DNA from: a virus
Virus record (IMG/VR): IMGVR_UViG_3300023440_000004
Span: 1 to 64,000 of that record
Length of the DNA stretch: 64,000 bases
Strand: one strand, 5' to 3'
In this document: piece after piece, positions 42,170 through 50,843 of the stretch
Layout: every line of letters starts with the position of its first letter
Position numbering within the stretch: the first letter of the stretch is position 1
Made by a program: the position numbers and the translations under genes
The notes under the pieces: generated by a model
The model's database searches: none
What the model saw: the letters and a program-made list of their open reading frames with translations, nothing else
What the model was told of the DNA's origin: nothing

Positions 42170-42963
42170 AGATAACGCATTTCTGGTGCTGGGAGAATGG
42201 CATTCGCCACGTCCGTGCCGCTCGTATTGAAGGCGTCCCATACGACCGGGTACTTCAGCAGCTTACCCGTCACCGGTCGTTCGCCTATTCTGTTCAGTCT
42301 AGCCGGGCCTCGTCTCTCCCGCTCGATTGCCGCCCCGAGTGGTCCGTGGCGACGGGGAAACGGATGTTCGATAGCAAGCCCGCCTCCAATCTCCGAGCCA
42401 AACTTGCCAATGCCATTTTTGCTTATGGCCGCCTGCAAGCGCGGATCACCGCCACAGGTCTCCGTCTGCTTGGCCTCCACCGTCAAGATTGGCAAACGCC
42501 GCTCAAACCATATGCCACCTGCACGGTGATGATGATCGGGCCTGATTGGGCGTGGGAACATTTCTACGAGCTCCGGCGCCACGAGACGGTCCAACCGGAC
42601 GTGCGTAAATTGGCCCATTTGTTGTCGAAGGCCGATAGAGACACCGACCCGGTACAAACAGCCGTGGGGTGCGTCTACGGTCCTTTCCTTGACAATCAAC
42701 TGTACGTGCCGGATGGGGACATCCCGATAGAGGAGTGGCCAATTCGGTTGCTCCGGGCCATTTACCGAGTGTCGAGGACCTCGACGAACAAAACCACCCT
42801 CCCGAACGACGACGTTGTCCGCAAAGCGGTAGTGCGTCTATACAAAGACAAACACGCCAGCCCGTTCGAGTTTTTCGCTATAGCTCTGCCGTACGGAGCA
42901 CGCGGGGACGGTATCTACCAGTATGTTCCGTTTCTGTCACTCAGAGACTATTTGTCGTTATGA
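42166..42963 (+). CDS. ThyX-like (flavin-dependent thymidylate synthase fold) protein, divergent and N-terminally shortened
   Basis: 265 aa. RHVRAARIEG, then RHRSFAYSVQSSR (compare ThyX RHRxxSxxxxSxRY). Later PLKPYATCTVMM...WEHFYELRRHETVQPDVRKLA lines up with ThyX LPxxxxTxxxxTxNxRxLxxFxxLRxxxxAQxEI. The HxSPxEH segment before RHR appears to be missing. Confidence 0.45.
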   Translation: MKITHFWCWENGIRHVRAARIEGVPYDRVLQQLTRHRSFAYSVQSSRASSLPLDCRPEWSVATGKRMFDSKPASNLRAKLANAIFAYGRLQARITATGLRLLGLHRQDWQTPLKPYATCTVMMIGPDWAWEHFYELRRHETVQPDVRKLAHLLSKADRDTDPVQTAVGCVYGPFLDNQLYVPDGDIPIEEWPIRLLRAIYRVSRTSTNKTTLPNDDVVRKAVVRLYKDKHASPFEFFAIALPYGARGDGIYQYVPFLSLRDYLSL

Positions 42964-43355
42964 ACTGGCTCACGGCCATCTTCTCCAGCAAACGCATCGT
43001 CCAGCAGGCCGTCGATCTGGCGGACGATAGCATTCGCGGGATCGGCAGGTGGATCGACGAGCAGCAGCTCACGGACGAAGAGCGCGTCCAGTACCGCCTG
43101 AAGCGTCTGGAGATGTATGAGAATTTCCTTATACGGGCCGCAGAAGAATCGACGGCAAGAACGATCACCCGGCGCATCCTCGCCGTCGCCATCATCGCCG
43201 TCTATCTCCTTTTGCTCATCGCCGGAGCGGTATTGGGACTGGTCGATCATACTCTTGCCAAATGGCTCATCGAGTGGACCAGCGCCTTACAGTTTCACCT
43301 TCTGACGCTCGGGGTGGCCAGCTTCTACTTCGGGGTGCATCTGTTGAGGAAATGA
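42960..43355 (+). CDS. membrane protein (131 aa; two C-terminal TM segments)
   Basis: ATGA overlap start (MNWLTAIFSS). Coiled N-terminal half, then ILAVAIIAVYLLLLIAGAVLGLV and FHLLTLGVASFYFGVHLL. Confidence 0.65.
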   Translation: MNWLTAIFSSKRIVQQAVDLADDSIRGIGRWIDEQQLTDEERVQYRLKRLEMYENFLIRAAEESTARTITRRILAVAIIAVYLLLLIAGAVLGLVDHTLAKWLIEWTSALQFHLLTLGVASFYFGVHLLRK

Positions 43356-43666
43356 AACGGAAACCCCCAACGTTAGACCGGGTATTCATAGAAACCAGGA
43401 CCGAGGCGTCCAAGGCGCGAGTCCGGGAAACACTTGATCTTGCTAAACGGCTACGTACTGACCCCGATCGCAAGAAGCGTGTAGAACGAGCGGTTTGTAA
43501 AAACTGCTACTATTTGCCGATGTTCGCAGCCGCCGGCACGGTCGAAACCCAATGCGCAAACTGCAGCAAACCCCAATTATTCACGAGCCTAAGTGTGGAC
43601 GTGTTGTGCGAGGGATGCGCCGCCAAACTCGGGTTGTGTAAACATTGCGGGGGGAAATGGTTTTGA
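43352..43666 (+). CDS. Cys-rich zinc-ribbon protein (104 aa)
   Basis: ATGA overlap start. Four CxxC pairs (CKNC, CANC, CEGC, CKHC). Confidence 0.65.
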   Translation: MKRKPPTLDRVFIETRTEASKARVRETLDLAKRLRTDPDRKKRVERAVCKNCYYLPMFAAAGTVETQCANCSKPQLFTSLSVDVLCEGCAAKLGLCKHCGGKWF

Positions 43667-43806
43667 CCACCATCTCCTGGTTCGCCGCCTTTGCCATCAC
43701 CTTCGCCGCTATGATGCTGGAACGGGGGTTCGGCAAATTCACCTGGTTGTTCGTCGCTCTGACAGCCGTTTACCTTTGGGACTGGGCCAATGAGAGTGAG
43801 TCTTGA
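43657..43806 (+). CDS. small membrane protein (49 aa, below cutoff)
   Basis: MVLTTISWFAAFAITFAAMMLERGFGKFTWLFVALTAVYLWDWANESES* with two hydrophobic segments. The RBS is weak and the start is uncertain. Confidence 0.4.
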   Translation: MVLTTISWFAAFAITFAAMMLERGFGKFTWLFVALTAVYLWDWANESES

Positions 43807-44065
43807 ACCGTTGAAACCGAATTCGTTCATCCTCCGGGTTCATACCACGGATGACGGTGATTGGAAGCTGAAATCGCCGTACACCTGGTGTTGTACGGTG
43901 GTGATCGAACATGGCATCGCCGAGTTCAAGGGCGTCGACAAACCGCCGTCGGCAGCCGAGCTGTCCGCTATCAAGCGGTATTTCAAAAACGAACGGTTAG
44001 ATGTCCATACGGCATTCTGGGAGCGGCCCAATGGTACGGTATTCACGTTCAACATTCGCCATTAG
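43790..44065 (+). CDS. hypothetical protein (91 aa)
   Basis: Track ORF in the operon frame chain. No motif recognised. Confidence 0.6.
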   Translation: MRVSLEPLKPNSFILRVHTTDDGDWKLKSPYTWCCTVVIEHGIAEFKGVDKPPSAAELSAIKRYFKNERLDVHTAFWERPNGTVFTFNIRH

Positions 44066-44096
44066 TTCGATCGCCTTGCTGCTCGTCGTTCCGCTG

Positions 44097-44363
44097 ATGA
44101 CATTGCTGTTGTTGGCGACCTATGTCGTTCACGTCATAACGTTTTTCACTTCGTCCATGGCCAACGTCCTCTTCGGCCCCTTGCTCAATCTCGCCCTCCA
44201 CGGCCGCCCTCGTGGCCCGTTCGGCCACCTGGAGCCGGTCAGCGGCGGTCTGTATCGGGCCAAGATCGGAGGCTTTCTGGCCCATTCCCGAACGGCGACG
44301 TGGTTCTACCAGGCGTTGGAGTATTTCGACCCCGGACATTGCAGGAGGAACGTGGTATGGTGA
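44097..44363 (+). CDS. small membrane-associated protein, paralog of 44458..44751
   Basis: Internal ATG of track ORF 44001..44363. ...ANVLFGPLLNLAL...WFYQALEYFDPGHCRRNV parallels ...DQLANACLGWLFN...WLYRFLNWLEPDHCEKSI in the next gene but one. Confidence 0.55.
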   Translation: MTLLLLATYVVHVITFFTSSMANVLFGPLLNLALHGRPRGPFGHLEPVSGGLYRAKIGGFLAHSRTATWFYQALEYFDPGHCRRNVVW

Positions 44364-44461
44364 TGGTACAATTGCTGTTGTGGTTCATCGTCGCGGCCAT
44401 GCTGCCAGTGTCGATCCTGGCAGCGGTGTTGCTGTACCTGGGGTGGAGGGTCTGCAAATGA
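44357..44461 (+). CDS. 34-aa single-TM micropeptide (below cutoff)
   Basis: ATG 44357 with AGGAGG 7 nt upstream. MVMVQLLLWFIVAAMLPVSILAAVLLYLGWRVCK*. Its stop overlaps the next start. Confidence 0.5.
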   Translation: MVMVQLLLWFIVAAMLPVSILAAVLLYLGWRVCK

Positions 44462-44751
44462 TGGCAAGATTCGTCCTCATCGCCGTCGATCAGTTGGCCA
44501 ATGCGTGTCTCGGTTGGCTGTTCAATTGGATTCTTGGCGTCCATCCTGGCCCGTTCGGATACCCGGACGAGACGATATCCAGTGTTATCGGCAAGCTTCG
44601 GTATGCGGGTCGTCTTGGCCGATTCCAATGGCTGTACCGATTTCTGAACTGGCTCGAACCCGACCATTGCGAAAAGTCGATTGAGTGGTCAGAGGGCTGG
44701 ACGATTTACGAAATCGAAAAACATACGCGAGATCGCTATGCCGACCTATAG
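44458..44751 (+). CDS. small protein with a (E/D)PxHC motif, paralog of 44097..44363
   Basis: Starts MMARFVLIAVDQLANACLG. ETISSVIGKLR...LNWLEPDHCEKSIEW is a pattern I recall from a widespread phage small-protein family of unknown function. Confidence 0.6.
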   Translation: MMARFVLIAVDQLANACLGWLFNWILGVHPGPFGYPDETISSVIGKLRYAGRLGRFQWLYRFLNWLEPDHCEKSIEWSEGWTIYEIEKHTRDRYADL

Positions 44752-45163
44752 AGCGGTAAACACGGAGACTGGAGACGTTACTGAGTATTCGGCGTCCGCT
44801 CCAGACCCTGTGCATCTGTCTCCACCATGGGAGTGCTTCCTGGTAGAAAGCGCGACTGCTCCTAGCACGCCGCCGCCAACCACGACTCCGACATCGGTAT
44901 TCGGCGGACGTCGCCGGTTGACGAAACTCGAATTCATACAGCTCCTGGGGGCGGCATATACGGACATTCTGGCATTGGCCAAAACCAATATCCAGGTGGA
45001 GTCATGGGTGAAACGGCTAGAGTTGGCGACCCCCGATGCGGACGGGACCAGCGTCGATCTCGACGACCCCCGCACGCAAGCGGGGGTGCGCTGGATGGAG
45101 GGTGTTCTCATCGGGGCGGGGAAAGTATCCGCCGGATGGGCTGACGGGGTGCTAAATGGCTAA
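44738..45163 (+). CDS. hypothetical protein (141 aa)
   Basis: Internal ATG (MPTYRAVNTETG) of track ORF 44681..45163. Pro/Thr linker, then RRLTKLEFIQLLG... Confidence 0.6.
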   Translation: MPTYRAVNTETGDVTEYSASAPDPVHLSPPWECFLVESATAPSTPPPTTTPTSVFGGRRRLTKLEFIQLLGAAYTDILALAKTNIQVESWVKRLELATPDADGTSVDLDDPRTQAGVRWMEGVLIGAGKVSAGWADGVLNG

Positions 45164-46544
45164 CAAATACATCATCCATGGAGCAGCGATTGACGGGGAT
45201 GGGACACAACCGACGGAAGCCACGGTTGCTGGTGGCCCTGGCGCGTGGAACAACATCGCTATCTTCGAGGACACTGCACCTACGTACGGTACGTTGAGTC
45301 CTGGCGATAGAGTGTTCATACGCAGCAAGGCGGCCAGCGGTACGAATATCCTCCGTACAGCTGGCGTCAATACCAATATCGGGTCGTCCACGGTACAAAA
45401 TATCGAATGGGTCGTGGACGACGGAACTGTATGGGCCGGGGTCGTCGGGTCTATCGTTTACGAGACCTCCGCCACAGTGACGTTTCTCGTCCAGCCTGAC
45501 AACGTGGTGGTTGGGAATAACTTGCTCACGTTCCGTAACCCGACCAGTGTTACCGGTCTCAAAGACACCGGCCTGGTCTTGCTACATAACGGCTCTCAAT
45601 TGCGCAGCGCTACGGTTGACATGAGTGCGAAAACCGACACGACCAGTTATCCGAGCCTACGCTTGTTTGGAGGGGCAGAAGCGCACGGATTGTTCATCAG
45701 ACATGGCCGAACTTTTTACGGCCCGGTTATATCAATCAAGGCCAACTATCACAAAGCGTACCTAACCAACATTCACGTAGAGAAGACTTCTAGCGCCGCC
45801 GGTGCCCAAATCGTTTATTCACAGGGCGCTACCATCTTGGAGATCGATGGGCTGCGAATTTCGGGCGTAGGATCAGCCACGAGCCAAACTGTGTTCAAAA
45901 CAGATGCCGGCACTTCTGCCGGTTTCATCCGGGCACGGAATTGCGACTGGCCGCGGACCATGACGCCTGGTACTCGACCTACCTACCAGAACGGGTTCAT
46001 CCATATCCAATATACGAACCTGGATGCCGACATCGTAGAGGCTTGGGGTAGCGCCACAAGTCGAACCAACAACAATCCACCGACGCTGAACGCCAGATTG
46101 CCGGATGGCACTGCATGGTCATGGCGTATCATTCCGAACAATACGTCTCATATACTCCCATGCGTCATCCCTATCGAGACGTTGTACTCCGACGTACCGA
46201 CGGCAAAGACGATCCGTCTACATTTCCAGGTATCGACCGATTTCGCTGTAGCAGACGTCAATATGAACAACTGTTGGCTAAGTATATCGTACGTCGACAA
46301 CGCTACGGGACAGGTAAAAAGCCTCACTACCCGTAGGGACAGCTCGGTCTCGCTGCCTACCAGTACCGCAGCATGGTCCTCGAACAGTTGGGGTTTGGTG
46401 ACGTTAAATCCGTACTTTCTCGAACTGACGACCCCAACGGCTATCAAGCAACACTCCGTCATTACTGCTCGCTTCTTTTGGCAAGTAGCGCAACCGAACA
46501 GTAACGCCATCCTGTTCCTAGACCCTGCTTTGGAGCTCCTGTGA
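45156..46544 (+). CDS. tail, fibre or spike-like protein (462 aa)
   Basis: Clean ORF in the late operon. Gly/Thr/Asn-rich beta-type sequence. The function is inferred from context. Confidence 0.55.
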   Translation: MANKYIIHGAAIDGDGTQPTEATVAGGPGAWNNIAIFEDTAPTYGTLSPGDRVFIRSKAASGTNILRTAGVNTNIGSSTVQNIEWVVDDGTVWAGVVGSIVYETSATVTFLVQPDNVVVGNNLLTFRNPTSVTGLKDTGLVLLHNGSQLRSATVDMSAKTDTTSYPSLRLFGGAEAHGLFIRHGRTFYGPVISIKANYHKAYLTNIHVEKTSSAAGAQIVYSQGATILEIDGLRISGVGSATSQTVFKTDAGTSAGFIRARNCDWPRTMTPGTRPTYQNGFIHIQYTNLDADIVEAWGSATSRTNNNPPTLNARLPDGTAWSWRIIPNNTSHILPCVIPIETLYSDVPTAKTIRLHFQVSTDFAVADVNMNNCWLSISYVDNATGQVKSLTTRRDSSVSLPTSTAAWSSNSWGLVTLNPYFLELTTPTAIKQHSVITARFFWQVAQPNSNAILFLDPALELL

Positions 46545-46918
46545 TGGAGTACTTCACCCCGATCGCTGGTAAGTCGTACACGCCTCCGGCCACGTCGCAC
46601 GGGTACGGGCTGAACCTGATGCACGCCAGACTGGCGTCCGACCCTTTGTTCCTGGCGGATGTAACGATCGAAAATGCAGTAATCGGCTCACGTTATCTGC
46701 TATTGGACGCAGCCAATCCAAGTCGGGTATTGTCATCCGGGGTAGTATCTTCGGACCCGTTCATCGTCTCGAACGTCCCTGGGTACAGCAATCCGTTCTT
46801 GCTGGAGCTCAGATTGCGGAAAGCGTCCTCGACGCCGTTCTATAAACCATTGACGACGTTCGCCAATCACGTTCCGCAAGGTGTTAGAATTTACGTAGTT
46901 CAGGTGTTAGACGAGTAG
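46544..46918 (+). CDS. hypothetical protein (124 aa)
   Basis: TGATG overlap. The track lists the GTG at 46541. Confidence 0.7.
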   Translation: MEYFTPIAGKSYTPPATSHGYGLNLMHARLASDPLFLADVTIENAVIGSRYLLLDAANPSRVLSSGVVSSDPFIVSNVPGYSNPFLLELRLRKASSTPFYKPLTTFANHVPQGVRIYVVQVLDE

Positions 46919-46929
46919 GAGCGGGGGCA

Positions 46930-48633
46930 ATGGCTAGCTATACCGTATACGACGCGACGTCCAAGGCGGCGTTGGCGGCAGATATCACGATCACCCAGAA
47001 CGCGGGCAACTACGACATCCGTATGGTGGCAACCCCGAGTGGGAACACTTATTCGGTGTTGGTACTGTACCGATTCCTGCAAGACTTGGCGGACGACGCC
47101 AGTTACACCGGGGACGACCAGGTCGACATCGTGGCTCTGGTACCAGGTGACCGGAAGACCGATACCGTTATCGAGCTACTGAACGGCTACAACATCGACG
47201 ACGTTGTTGCCGAATACCTGTTCGGCGGTAGTATTCGCCAGTTCGCTGGAACCGCCAACGAGACGCTGTATTCCGGGCTCCGGGTGATCGGTTCCGTAGA
47301 GAACGGCACCGAGGTGCAAATCGTCCAGAACGGCGCGCTTCTGACGCCGCATTGGGGAGCGACCCCCACCGCCAAGAACGGTGGTGGCTCGATCATCATG
47401 CGCGTCCTGGTCAAAAGCATTGCCGCCGGTAGCCAGATCGACGGCGGGCGTATCCGCGTGATGGCCCGTGAATGGGGGCATACGTACAGCTACTTCGACG
47501 TGACTCTGGGAGAAGGCGAGGCGGTCGCAGCGCTGAATACGGCCCAGGATCCGAACAACACTAGTACCCTGGCCAATGCTGCTACGTGGTGGGGCAACCT
47601 GGTCATTACCCAGGGATACTCGACACAAGACGTCAATAACGACGGTACCGCCGAGCCTTATTACCTGATCGTCGACTATGGTACCAACACGGCGCAGCAG
47701 ACCTACGAAGCGTTGAAGTACGCCCAACGTAGGGGAAGTACAGCAACCCTGTTCGGCCTGAATGCCAACCTGTTCCTAGGTATCACGCACGAGTTCACTT
47801 ACAACACCGGGGCAGCGCTGACGACGGGGGAGGAAATCACCTGGACAGGAGGCTCTGGACGCGTCCTTGCCCAGTCGGGCACGACGACAGGCACGGTGTG
47901 GATGCAGTTGGTCACCGGGACTCCGCCGGCTACGGGCGACGTCGTTACGGGGACCACCAGCACCAACACCGTGACGCTGTCCGCCGATGCCACCAGCCGT
48001 ACGGCGCCGGCGTTTCTGGCGGGGCAGTTCACGGGTTCCGGCTGGATCGGTGCGTTCGGTTTCGCCATCGACGTCACCGATGTCACCGTGAACGACTCGT
48101 TCACCGACTTGACCGGCACGACGCTGTCTCCGCCCAACTTCCAGACCGGCCGTGTCGGCAACCTCACAGCCGGCGAGTTCTATGTGCTGGTGGCCCCGTC
48201 CACAGGGCCGGGCTCGACGACGATCGATTTCACGCAGCTCGCCGTCAGCGGGGCACACGCGGCTACGAGTACCACACTCACGGTCACCACGGCGATCCCA
48301 GCCGACACGCCAGCAAGTGGGACGATCCGCGTACAACGACCAGGTACGAGCGATTATGAGCGGCTGACGTACACGTCCTGGTCCGGGAGCACTTTCACGC
48401 TGTCTGCGGCGATCGGATTTGCACTGTCCGGTAACGAGAACGTGTTCATCACGTATATCGACAAGCTGGCCTCGGCCGCACAGGAGTCGTTCACGGCGGT
48501 TTACTCGGCCGATCGGAATATGGTGGTTCGCGTCCGGGACGGTGGAGCGACGCCTATCAAACCCTTCGAAGCGCCTGTGACTTTCTCGTCCAGCGGGTTC
48601 AACATTTCGGCTATCGTCATCGACGACGTGTAA
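46930..48633 (+). CDS. virion, tail or fibre-like protein (567 aa)
   Basis: AGGAG RBS. Gly/Thr-rich. No catalytic motif recognised. Confidence 0.6.
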   Translation: MASYTVYDATSKAALAADITITQNAGNYDIRMVATPSGNTYSVLVLYRFLQDLADDASYTGDDQVDIVALVPGDRKTDTVIELLNGYNIDDVVAEYLFGGSIRQFAGTANETLYSGLRVIGSVENGTEVQIVQNGALLTPHWGATPTAKNGGGSIIMRVLVKSIAAGSQIDGGRIRVMAREWGHTYSYFDVTLGEGEAVAALNTAQDPNNTSTLANAATWWGNLVITQGYSTQDVNNDGTAEPYYLIVDYGTNTAQQTYEALKYAQRRGSTATLFGLNANLFLGITHEFTYNTGAALTTGEEITWTGGSGRVLAQSGTTTGTVWMQLVTGTPPATGDVVTGTTSTNTVTLSADATSRTAPAFLAGQFTGSGWIGAFGFAIDVTDVTVNDSFTDLTGTTLSPPNFQTGRVGNLTAGEFYVLVAPSTGPGSTTIDFTQLAVSGAHAATSTTLTVTTAIPADTPASGTIRVQRPGTSDYERLTYTSWSGSTFTLSAAIGFALSGNENVFITYIDKLASAAQESFTAVYSADRNMVVRVRDGGATPIKPFEAPVTFSSSGFNISAIVIDDV

Positions 48634-48636
48634 TCC

Positions 48637-49173
48637 ATGATCGTCCAGGTCGATTGGTCGAACAAGATCGTCACCGTCCCCCAGACAGCTCTGACGCTGG
48701 TATCTGCCGGGGTATGGAACGTCTATCGCCTCGACCTGGACGCTTTCTGGAGGGCGTGTCGGGACGCCGAGGATTCGACGGCCGGTGCCATACATCCGCC
48801 AATCGTGGAGAATACCCCGCCGACGGCAGTCGATGCGGTGACCACGCTGGCCCGCGTCGTTCGTATCGTCAACGGTTACCGAGTCCGCTTCGACGATACG
48901 CCCGGACCATACCAGGTTCTTTTGAGTGGGGCCAACACCAACATTGCCGACCCGAGCGTGCTGTACCCCAACCAGGTGTCCGTACTGGCCGCCAACAGCG
49001 CCGGGATGGTCCACATCGAGGATCCACGGATTCAAGACATCCACGCGGCGCATTTCAACCGGCGGGTCTGGGACAAAGCGGCAAACGAATTGCGCATCTA
49101 CGAGGCTGACAAATCGACGGTGCGGAATCGGTTCACGACCAATGGCGACCTTAGCGAGATCGACCCGGTATGA
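48637..49173 (+). CDS. hypothetical virion-associated protein (178 aa)
   Basis: Clean ORF directly after the 567-aa gene. Confidence 0.7.
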   Translation: MIVQVDWSNKIVTVPQTALTLVSAGVWNVYRLDLDAFWRACRDAEDSTAGAIHPPIVENTPPTAVDAVTTLARVVRIVNGYRVRFDDTPGPYQVLLSGANTNIADPSVLYPNQVSVLAANSAGMVHIEDPRIQDIHAAHFNRRVWDKAANELRIYEADKSTVRNRFTTNGDLSEIDPV

Positions 49174-49476
49174 ACACGTTCGGCCTTGGCAATCGAGGGA
49201 TTTACACGTTTTGGCTCCGGCCGTTGGCTGGTCTTGTCAGCCGCCTGCGTGGGATATATCTCTCCGTCCGTAGCAGTTGGGTCCGGTTGGTGGTGCGCCA
49301 ATGAAAACAGGGATAGAATTGCGAGTGGTGCGTACCGGGATGGCCATGCTGGCCACGACCCGAAGCTTGCCAAAGCTTCGAGCGTCGCGCGGTGCCGCAC
49401 ACCTCTCCGTAGTAGCGGCGTCCGTCGCAGCGATGTCGGTACGCCGGTGGGATAAGATAAGCTTGGAGGTAAGGCA

Positions 49477-49821
49477 ATGACGTGTCCTACCACGCCTGAA
49501 CTTCGTCAGTTCGACTCGGGCATCCCGATCGACGTCACCATTCTGGACTGCCCGACCGACGCACCGGCCGATTTGACGGGCGCTACGACGGTGACGTTCG
49601 TGTTTCTGAAGCCGGACGGGACGGTGATGGAGAAGATCGGGACGATCGTCGATGCCGCCAACGGGCTGGTGCGGTATAACACCGTCGGCAACCCGTCCAC
49701 GGCGACTGGAGACCTCGACGTTCCTGGCACCTGGAAAGTGCAGGTCCGGGTCGCCGGCCCTGGTTCCGCCGTCTGGACCTCCAGCCCGGCGACGTTCAAA
49801 GTGAAACCGATCTATCAGTAA
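49477..49821 (+). CDS. Ig-like / beta-sandwich domain protein (114 aa)
   Basis: GGAGG RBS. IDVTILD...DLTGATTVTFVFLKPDGT...GLVRYNT...PGTWKVQVRV is a typical BppU-N / Ig-like strand pattern. Confidence 0.5.
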   Translation: MTCPTTPELRQFDSGIPIDVTILDCPTDAPADLTGATTVTFVFLKPDGTVMEKIGTIVDAANGLVRYNTVGNPSTATGDLDVPGTWKVQVRVAGPGSAVWTSSPATFKVKPIYQ

Positions 49822-50161
49822 GCAGATGCGCCAGCATCTGAAGAACGAAATCGTCGATGGACGCCAGCGTCATGGTGTCCTTACCGTGTTTGACTTTGAC
49901 CTTCCCGGTCTTCGGATAGTAAGTGGCCAGCCAGACTGGCTGGCCGTTCGCCCACGCCCGTCGTAGCCACGCCGTTTGCTTCTTCGATGGGCGGTTCGGG
50001 CTGACCTTGTACTCGACCCACAAGTGCCGTCCCTGGCTTTCGTAGTAGTAATCCGGCACACCACCGCCAGCCTCCATCGCTTGCCGAAACACCGCCCCCC
50101 GTGGCGTAAGACGGTCGATGCGATAATGCACCCGTCGTTTGAAGGATGTCTCCGGTTGCAC
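49796..50161 (-). CDS. VRR-NUC / PD-(D/E)xK nuclease
   Basis: GTG start overlapping the upstream stop (TAGTG). GVPDYYY...HLWVEYKV..NRPSKKQTAWL...G matches the VRR-NUC pattern (PD...ExK...Q..W). Its 3' end overlaps the convergent gene 49477..49821 by 26 nt. Confidence 0.5.
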   Translation of the reverse strand: MQPETSFKRRVHYRIDRLTPRGAVFRQAMEAGGGVPDYYYESQGRHLWVEYKVSPNRPSKKQTAWLRRAWANGQPVWLATYYPKTGKVKVKHGKDTMTLASIDDFVLQMLAHLLTDRSVSL

Positions 50162-50622
50162 TAGGAATCCACGTGGAAAAAATGGATCTGGCCGACGGGT
50201 TCTTCGGCGTTCAGGACGATGGTGTGGGCGGCAGAATAGTTTCGCAGTTCCAACAGCAGCCGACCTGTCCACCCAGGCCGTAGTACGAGCGACGTCACCT
50301 GGTCCAATCCGTTGCGGGCATAGACGGACCGAAGGGTGAACATGCCCGCCACCGACAACGGTATTTGGAAATGTTCGACCGTCTCCACCAGGAGCAACTG
50401 ACCAGGCCGCAAATGAAAACCGTGCTCCAGTGACACGGTTTTTGTCCGCATCCGTTGGTCAGCACCTAGATCGACTATCCGGCACGGAGTCCAGTAGTCC
50501 CGGTCCTCGACTTCGCCAACACCGGCGAGCCGGACATCGAGGGACACCGGGCCTACCAGCATCGGGTCATACCCGGTCACCGCCGTCCGAACGAGTTCTT
50601 GCAAGCGACGTCCACCGATCAT
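50161..50622 (-). CDS. dCTP deaminase / dUTPase-superfamily protein
   Basis: 153 aa. FTLRSVYARNGLDQVTSLVLRPGWTGRLLLELRN...VGQIHFF matches the Dcd pattern (SSxxRxGL...DPGWxGxxTLExxN...QL.F). Confidence 0.6.
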   Translation of the reverse strand: MIGGRRLQELVRTAVTGYDPMLVGPVSLDVRLAGVGEVEDRDYWTPCRIVDLGADQRMRTKTVSLEHGFHLRPGQLLLVETVEHFQIPLSVAGMFTLRSVYARNGLDQVTSLVLRPGWTGRLLLELRNYSAAHTIVLNAEEPVGQIHFFHVDS

Positions 50623-50843
50623 TTGTCCAAATCCTTCAGCAGCAAGTCCAGATAATTTCTCGCCTTCTCGACATCACGCCGATGGTTGTCGGTCTTCCAA
50701 CCACACCGGCATAGATACTTGAGCGCGTTACCGAGCAAGAATCCACGGAATTCTTCCGGGGTCAGTTTCGCTCGAATGATGTCGATCGTCTCGATCCCGC
50801 CAATATCGTAGTACACCGCTTCGTCGTCCAAGGCCATCATCAC
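50619..50843 (-). CDS. DUF3310-family protein
   Basis: 74 aa. YYDIGGIETIDIIRAKLTPEEFRGFLLGNALKYLCRCGWK...DVEKARNYLDLL is the characteristic DUF3310 pattern. Confidence 0.7.
   Translation of the reverse strand: MMMALDDEAVYYDIGGIETIDIIRAKLTPEEFRGFLLGNALKYLCRCGWKTDNHRRDVEKARNYLDLLLKDLDK

Noticed and set aside
49174-49476. A tRNA or other classical RNA gene in the 300-bp gap. This was also checked in the other gaps: 27790-28044, 58571-58741 and 58958-59108.
   Set aside because: No T-loop (GGTTCGAATCC-like) or cloverleaf arrangement could be found by eye. Only short isolated hairpins are present.
45156-49821. A diversity-generating retroelement near the fibre-like or lectin-type genes.
   Set aside because: No reverse transcriptase ORF is present, and I noticed no template/variable repeat pair (near-identical 100-150 bp copies differing at A positions) in or after these genes.
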